NCBI RefSeq assembly: GCF_009914755.1
Contig: NC_060939.1
Reading direction: 5' to 3' (one strand)
Source of the DNA: the human T2T-CHM13v2.0 reference genome, Homo sapiens
Length of the DNA: 64,000 nt
In this document: piece by piece, positions 59,935 through 64,000 of the stretch
Layout of the letters: each line of letters starts with the position of its first letter
How positions within the stretch are numbered: position 1 is the stretch's first letter
Notes under the pieces: model-generated
The model's input: only the letters and a program-made list of their open reading frames with translations
Databases searched by the model: none
Told to the model about the DNA's origin: nothing
Position numbers and translations under genes: made by a program

Positions 59935-60368
59935 TGTCAGGCCTCTTAGCCCAAGCCAAGCCATCGCATCCCCTGTGATTTGCACATACACACCCAGATG
60001 GCCTGAAGTAACTGAAGAATCACAAAAGAAGTGAAAAGGCCCTGCCCCGCCTTAACTGATGACATTCCACCATTGTGATGTGTTCCTGCTCCACTTTAAC
60101 TGAGTGATTAACCCTGTGAATTTCCTTCTCCTGGCTCAGAAGCTCCCCTACTGAGCACCTTGTGACCCCTGCCCCTGCCCACCAGAGAACAACCCTCTTT
60201 GACTGTAATTTTCCATTACCTTCCCAAATCCTATAAAACGGCCCCACCCTTATCTCCCTTTGCTGACTCTCTTTTCGGACTCAGCCCGCCTGCACCCAGG
60301 TGAAATAAACAGCCATGTTGCTCACACAAAGCCTGTTTGGTGGTCTCTTCACACGGACGTGCATGAAA
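59935..60368 (+). mobile_element. HERV-H 5' LTR (LTR7 family, LTR7B-like)
   Basis: tgtcaggcctc...gcatgaaa, 434 bp; U3 block 'ccaccattgtgat.tgttcctgc...actgagtgattaaccctgtgaa'; followed by PBS. Confidence 0.93.
60232..60237 (+). promoter_or_regulatory. LTR TATA box
   Basis: cctataaaacggccccaccc at the canonical LTR7 position; AATAAA at 60304-60309. Confidence 0.85.
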
Positions 60369-60370
60369 TT

Positions 60371-60388
60371 TGGTGCTGTGACATGGAT
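60371..60388 (+). other. tRNA-His primer binding site (3 mismatches)
   Basis: tggtgctgtgacatggat vs TGGTGCCGTGACTCGGAT. Confidence 0.85.
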
Positions 60389-60511
60389 CGGGGGACCTCC
60401 CTTGGGAGATCAATCCCCCGTCCTCCTGCTCTTTGCTCCGTGAGAAAGATCCACCTACGACCTCAGGTCCTCAGACCTACCAGCCCAAGAAACATCTCAC
60501 CAATTTCAAAT

Positions 60512-60520
60512 CCGGTAAGC
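60512..60520 (+). promoter_or_regulatory. HERV-H major splice donor CCG|GTAAGC
   Basis: GT at 60515-60516, about 145 nt past the LTR end, the known HERV-H donor position. Confidence 0.75.
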
Positions 60521-60907
60521 GGCCTCTTTTTACTCTCTTCTCCAACTTCCCTCACTATCCCTCAACCTCTTTCTCCTTTCAATCTTGGCGCTACACTTCA
60601 ATCACTCCCTTCTCTTAATTTCAATTCCTTTCATTTTCTGGTAGAGACAAAAGAGACACGTTTTATCTGTGGACCCCAAACTCCGGCGCCGGTCACGGAC
60701 TGGGAAGGCAGCCTTCCCTTGGTGTTTAATCATTGCAGGGATGCCTCTCTGATTATACACCCACGTTTCAAGGGTGTCAGACCATGCAGGGACGCCTGCC
60801 TTGGTCCTTCACCCTTAGCGGCAAGTCCCGCTTTTCTGGGGAAGGAGCAAGTACCCCAACCCCTTCTCTCCTTGTCTCTACCCCTTCTCTGCCTTTCCTG
60901 GGGCGGG

Positions 60908-61100
60908 GGCAAGTACCCCTCAACCCCTTCTCCTTCAACCTTAGCGGCAAGTCCCGCTTTCCTGGGGCAGGGGCAAGTACCCCTCAACCCCTTCTCCTTC
61001 ACCCTTAGTGGCAAGTCCTGCTTTCCTGGGGCAGGGGCAAGTACCCCTCAACCCCTTCTCCTTCACCCTTAGCAGCAAGTCCCGCTTTCCTAGGGGGCAA
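60908..61100. repeat. 3 x 64-bp tandem repeat in HERV-H leader
   Basis: caagtacccctcaaccccttctcc at 60910, 60974 and 61038. Confidence 0.9.
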
Positions 61101-61114
61101 GAACCCCCCAATCG

Positions 61115-61262
61115 CTTATTTCCACACCCCAACCTCTTATCTCTGTGCCCCAATCCCTTATTTCTGCACCCTGACCTCTTATCTCTGTGCCCCAATCCCT
61201 TATTTCCACGCCCTAACCTCTTATCTCTGTGCCCCAATCCCTTATTTCCGTGCCCTAACCCC
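61115..61262. repeat. About 3.5 x 42-bp tandem repeat in HERV-H leader
   Basis: cttatttc at 61115, 61157, 61199 and 61241. Confidence 0.9.
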
Positions 61263-62203
61263 TTCTCTGCTTTTCTGGAGGGCAAGAACCCCCCACCCCT
61301 TCTCCGTGTCTCTACTCTTTTCTCTGGGCTTGCCTCCTTCACTATGGGTAAGCTTCCACCTTCCATTCCTCCTTCTTCTCCCTTAGCCTGTGTTCTCAAA
61401 AACTTAAAACCTCTTCAACTCACACCTGACCTAAAACCTAAATGCCTTATTTTCTTCTGCAATGCCGCTTGACCCCAATACAAACTCAACAGTAGTTCCA
61501 AATAGCCAGAAAACGGCACTTTCAATTTTTCCATCCTACAAGATCTAAATAATTCTTGTCCTAAAATGGGCAAATGGTCTGAGGTGCCTGACGTCCAGGC
61601 ATTCTTTTACACATCAGTCCCTTCCTAGTCTCTGTGCCCAGTGCAACTCGTCCCAAATCTTCCTTCTTTCCCTCCCTCCTGTCCCCTCAGTCCCAACCCC
61701 AAGCATCACTGAGTCTTTCTAATCTTCCTTTTCTACAGACCCATCTGATCTCTCCCCTCCTTGCCAGCCCAAGCTAGGTCCCAATTCTTCCTCAGCCTCC
61801 GCTCCTCCACCCTGTAATCTTTTTATCGCCTCCCCTCCTCACACCTGGTCTGGCTTACAGTTTCATTCTGTGACTAGCCCTCCCCCACCTGCCCAGCAAT
61901 TTACTCTTAAAAAGGTGGCTGGAGCCAAAGGCATAGTCAGGGTTAATGCTCATTTTTCTTTATCCCAAATCAGTTAGCGTTTAGGCTCTTCTTCATCAAA
62001 TATAAAAACCCAGCCCAGTTCATGGCTCGTTCGGCAGCAGCCCTGAGACGCTTTACAGCCCTAGACCCTAAAAGGTCAAAAGGCCGTCTTATTCTCAATA
62101 TACATTTTATTACCCAATCTGCTCCCGACATTAAATAAAACTCCAAAAATTAAATTCCGGCCCTCAAACCCCACAACAGGATTTAATTAACCTCGCCTTC
62201 AAG

Positions 62204-62554
62204 GTGTACAATAATAGAAAAAAGTTGCAATTCCTTGCCTCCACTGTGAGACAAACCCCAGCCACATCTCCAGCACACAAGAACTTCCAAACGCCTGAAC
62301 CGCAGCGGCCAGGTGTTCCTCCAGAACCTCCTCCCACAGGAGCTTGCTACACGTGCCGGAAATCTGACCACCAGGCCAAGGAATGCCCGCAGCCCAGGAT
62401 TCCTCCTAAGCCGTGTCCCATCTGTGCGGGACCCCACTGGAAATCGCACTGTCCAACTCACCTGGCAGCCACTCCCAGAGCCCCTGGAACTCTGGCCCAA
62501 GGCTCTCTGACTGACTCCTTCCCAGATCTTCTCGGCTTAGCAGCTGAAGACTGA
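62204..62554 (+). pseudogene. HERV-H gag C-terminal (nucleocapsid) remnant
   Basis: CYTCRKSDHQAKEC (CX2CX4HX4C) and CPICAGPHWKSHC knuckles; ends DLLGLAAED*. Confidence 0.85.
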
Positions 62555-62569
62555 CACTGCCCGATCGCC

Positions 62570-62890
62570 TCGGAAGCCCCCTAGACCATCACGGACGCCG
62601 AGCTTTGGGTAACTCTCACAGTGGAAGGTTAAGTCCGTCCCGTTCTTAATCAATACGGAGGCTACCCACTCCACATTACCTTCTTTTCAAGGCCTGTTTC
62701 CCTTGCCTCCATAACTGTTGTGGGTATTGACAGCCAGGCTTCTAAACCTCTTAAAACTTCCCAACTCTGGTGCCAACTTAGACAACACTCTTTTATGCAC
62801 TCTTTTTTAGTTATCTCCACCTGCCCAGTTCCCTTATTAGGCCGAGATATTTTAACCAAATTATCTGCTTCCCTGACTATTCCTGGATTA
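62570..62890 (+). pseudogene. HERV-H protease remnant (inactive)
   Basis: FLINTEATHSTL in place of the DTGA active site; PLLGRDIL near 62831-62854. Confidence 0.75.
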
Positions 62891-62998
62891 TAGCCACATC
62901 TCATTGCTGCCCTTCTTCCCAATCCAAAGCCTCCTTTGCGTCCTCCTCTTGTATTCCCCCACCTTAACCCACAAGTATAAGATACCTCTACTCCCTCT

Positions 62999-64000
62999 TT
63001 GTCGACCGATCATGCACCCCTTACCATCTCATTAAAACCTAATCACCCTTACCCCTCTGAATGCCAATATCTCATCCCACAGCATGCTTTGAAAAGATTA
63101 AAGCCTGTTATCACTCGCCTGCTACAGCATGGCCTTTTAAAGCCTATAAATTCTCCTTACAATTCCCCCATTTTACCTGTCTTAAAACCAGACAAGCCTT
63201 ACAAGTTAGTCCAGGATCTATGCCTTATCAACCAAATTGTTTTGCCTATCCACCCCATGGTGCCAAACCCATATACTCTCCTATCCTCAATACCTCCCTC
63301 CACAATCCATTATTCTGTTCTGGATCTCAAACGTGCTTTCTTTACTATTCCTTTGCACCCGTCATCCCAGCCTCTCTTCGCTTTCACTTGGACTGACCCT
63401 GACACCCATCAGGCTCAGCAAATTACCTGGGCTGTACCGCCGCAAGGCTTCACAGACAGCCCCCATTACTTCAGTCAAGCCCAAATTTCATCCTCATCTG
63501 TTACCTATCTTGGCATAATTCTCGTAAAAACACACGTGCTCTCCCTGCTGATCATGTCCAGCTGATCTCCCAAACCTCAATCCCTTACAAAACAACAACT
63601 CCTTTCCTTCCTAGGCATGGTTAGTGCGGTCAGAATTCTTACACAAGAGCCAGGACCACACCCTATAGCCTTTCTGTCCAAACAACTTGACCTTACTGTT
63701 TTAGCCTAGCCCTCATGTCTGCCTGCAGCGGCTGCCGCTGCTTTAATACTTTTAGAGGCCTTTCCTACAAGGTCTGAGAAGGCCACGGCAGTCAGTTCTT
63801 CCCTTCTGTCAGACATAATTCCTCAGTTTAGCCTTCCCACCTCTATACAGTCTGATAACAGACCAGCTTTTATTAGTCAAATCAGCCAAGCATTTTTTCA
63901 GGCTCTTAGTATTCAGTGACAGACTAATGGTCTATTAAAAACACACCTCACCAAGCTCAGCCACCAACTTAAAAAGGACTGGACAATACTTTTACCACTT
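62999..64000 (+). pseudogene. HERV-H pol remnant (RT N-terminus, deletions, IN fragment)
   Basis: YNSPILPV, KLVQDL, SVLDLKRAFF, FAFTW, PQGFTDSP, then jumps to VTYLG with no YxDD; IN-like IQSDNRPAFISQI near 63845. Confidence 0.85.

Larger units (their letters stand above)
60263..61072 (+). other. ESRG/HESRG-like CTG-initiated ORF in HERV-H R-U5-leader (coding status unproven)
   Basis: ORF track frame 60260..61072 has no stop; (L)TLFSDSARLHPGEIN...GASTPQPLLLHP matches both termini of the recalled ESRG protein. Confidence 0.5.
60369..64000 (+). mobile_element. HERV-H internal region (deleted type), continues past the window end
   Basis: C-rich leader; gag NC zinc knuckles; pro, RT and IN remnants in retroviral order. 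Confidence 0.95.

Noticed and set aside
62999-63565. Functional reverse transcriptase
   Set aside because: The YxDD motif is deleted, there is no ATG start, and frameshifts and stops flank it.

Overview
Primate (very probably human) AT-rich, repeat-dense non-coding DNA. I see no intact protein-coding gene, RNA gene or CRISPR array. The window holds about 20 Alu-family elements, old MIR, L2 and L1M fragments, a MER2 DNA transposon, several ERV1/ERVL/MaLR LTRs (three nested clusters) and a long, rearranged L1M. The right end is the most informative part. An ANP32A processed pseudogene (58496-59586; TSDs, polyA, one nonsense codon, no frameshift) lies 340 bp upstream of a HERV-H provirus (LTR7B-like 5' LTR from 59935, running off the window). 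The HERV-H leader carries an uninterrupted 269-codon CTG-initiated ORF that closely matches my recollection of the ESRG/HESRG protein. Several small templated direct/inverted duplications are visible. Repeat subfamily names and the possible locus (ANP32AP1, 15q14, near the DPH6 3' end) come from recalled consensus sequences and were not checked by any search.
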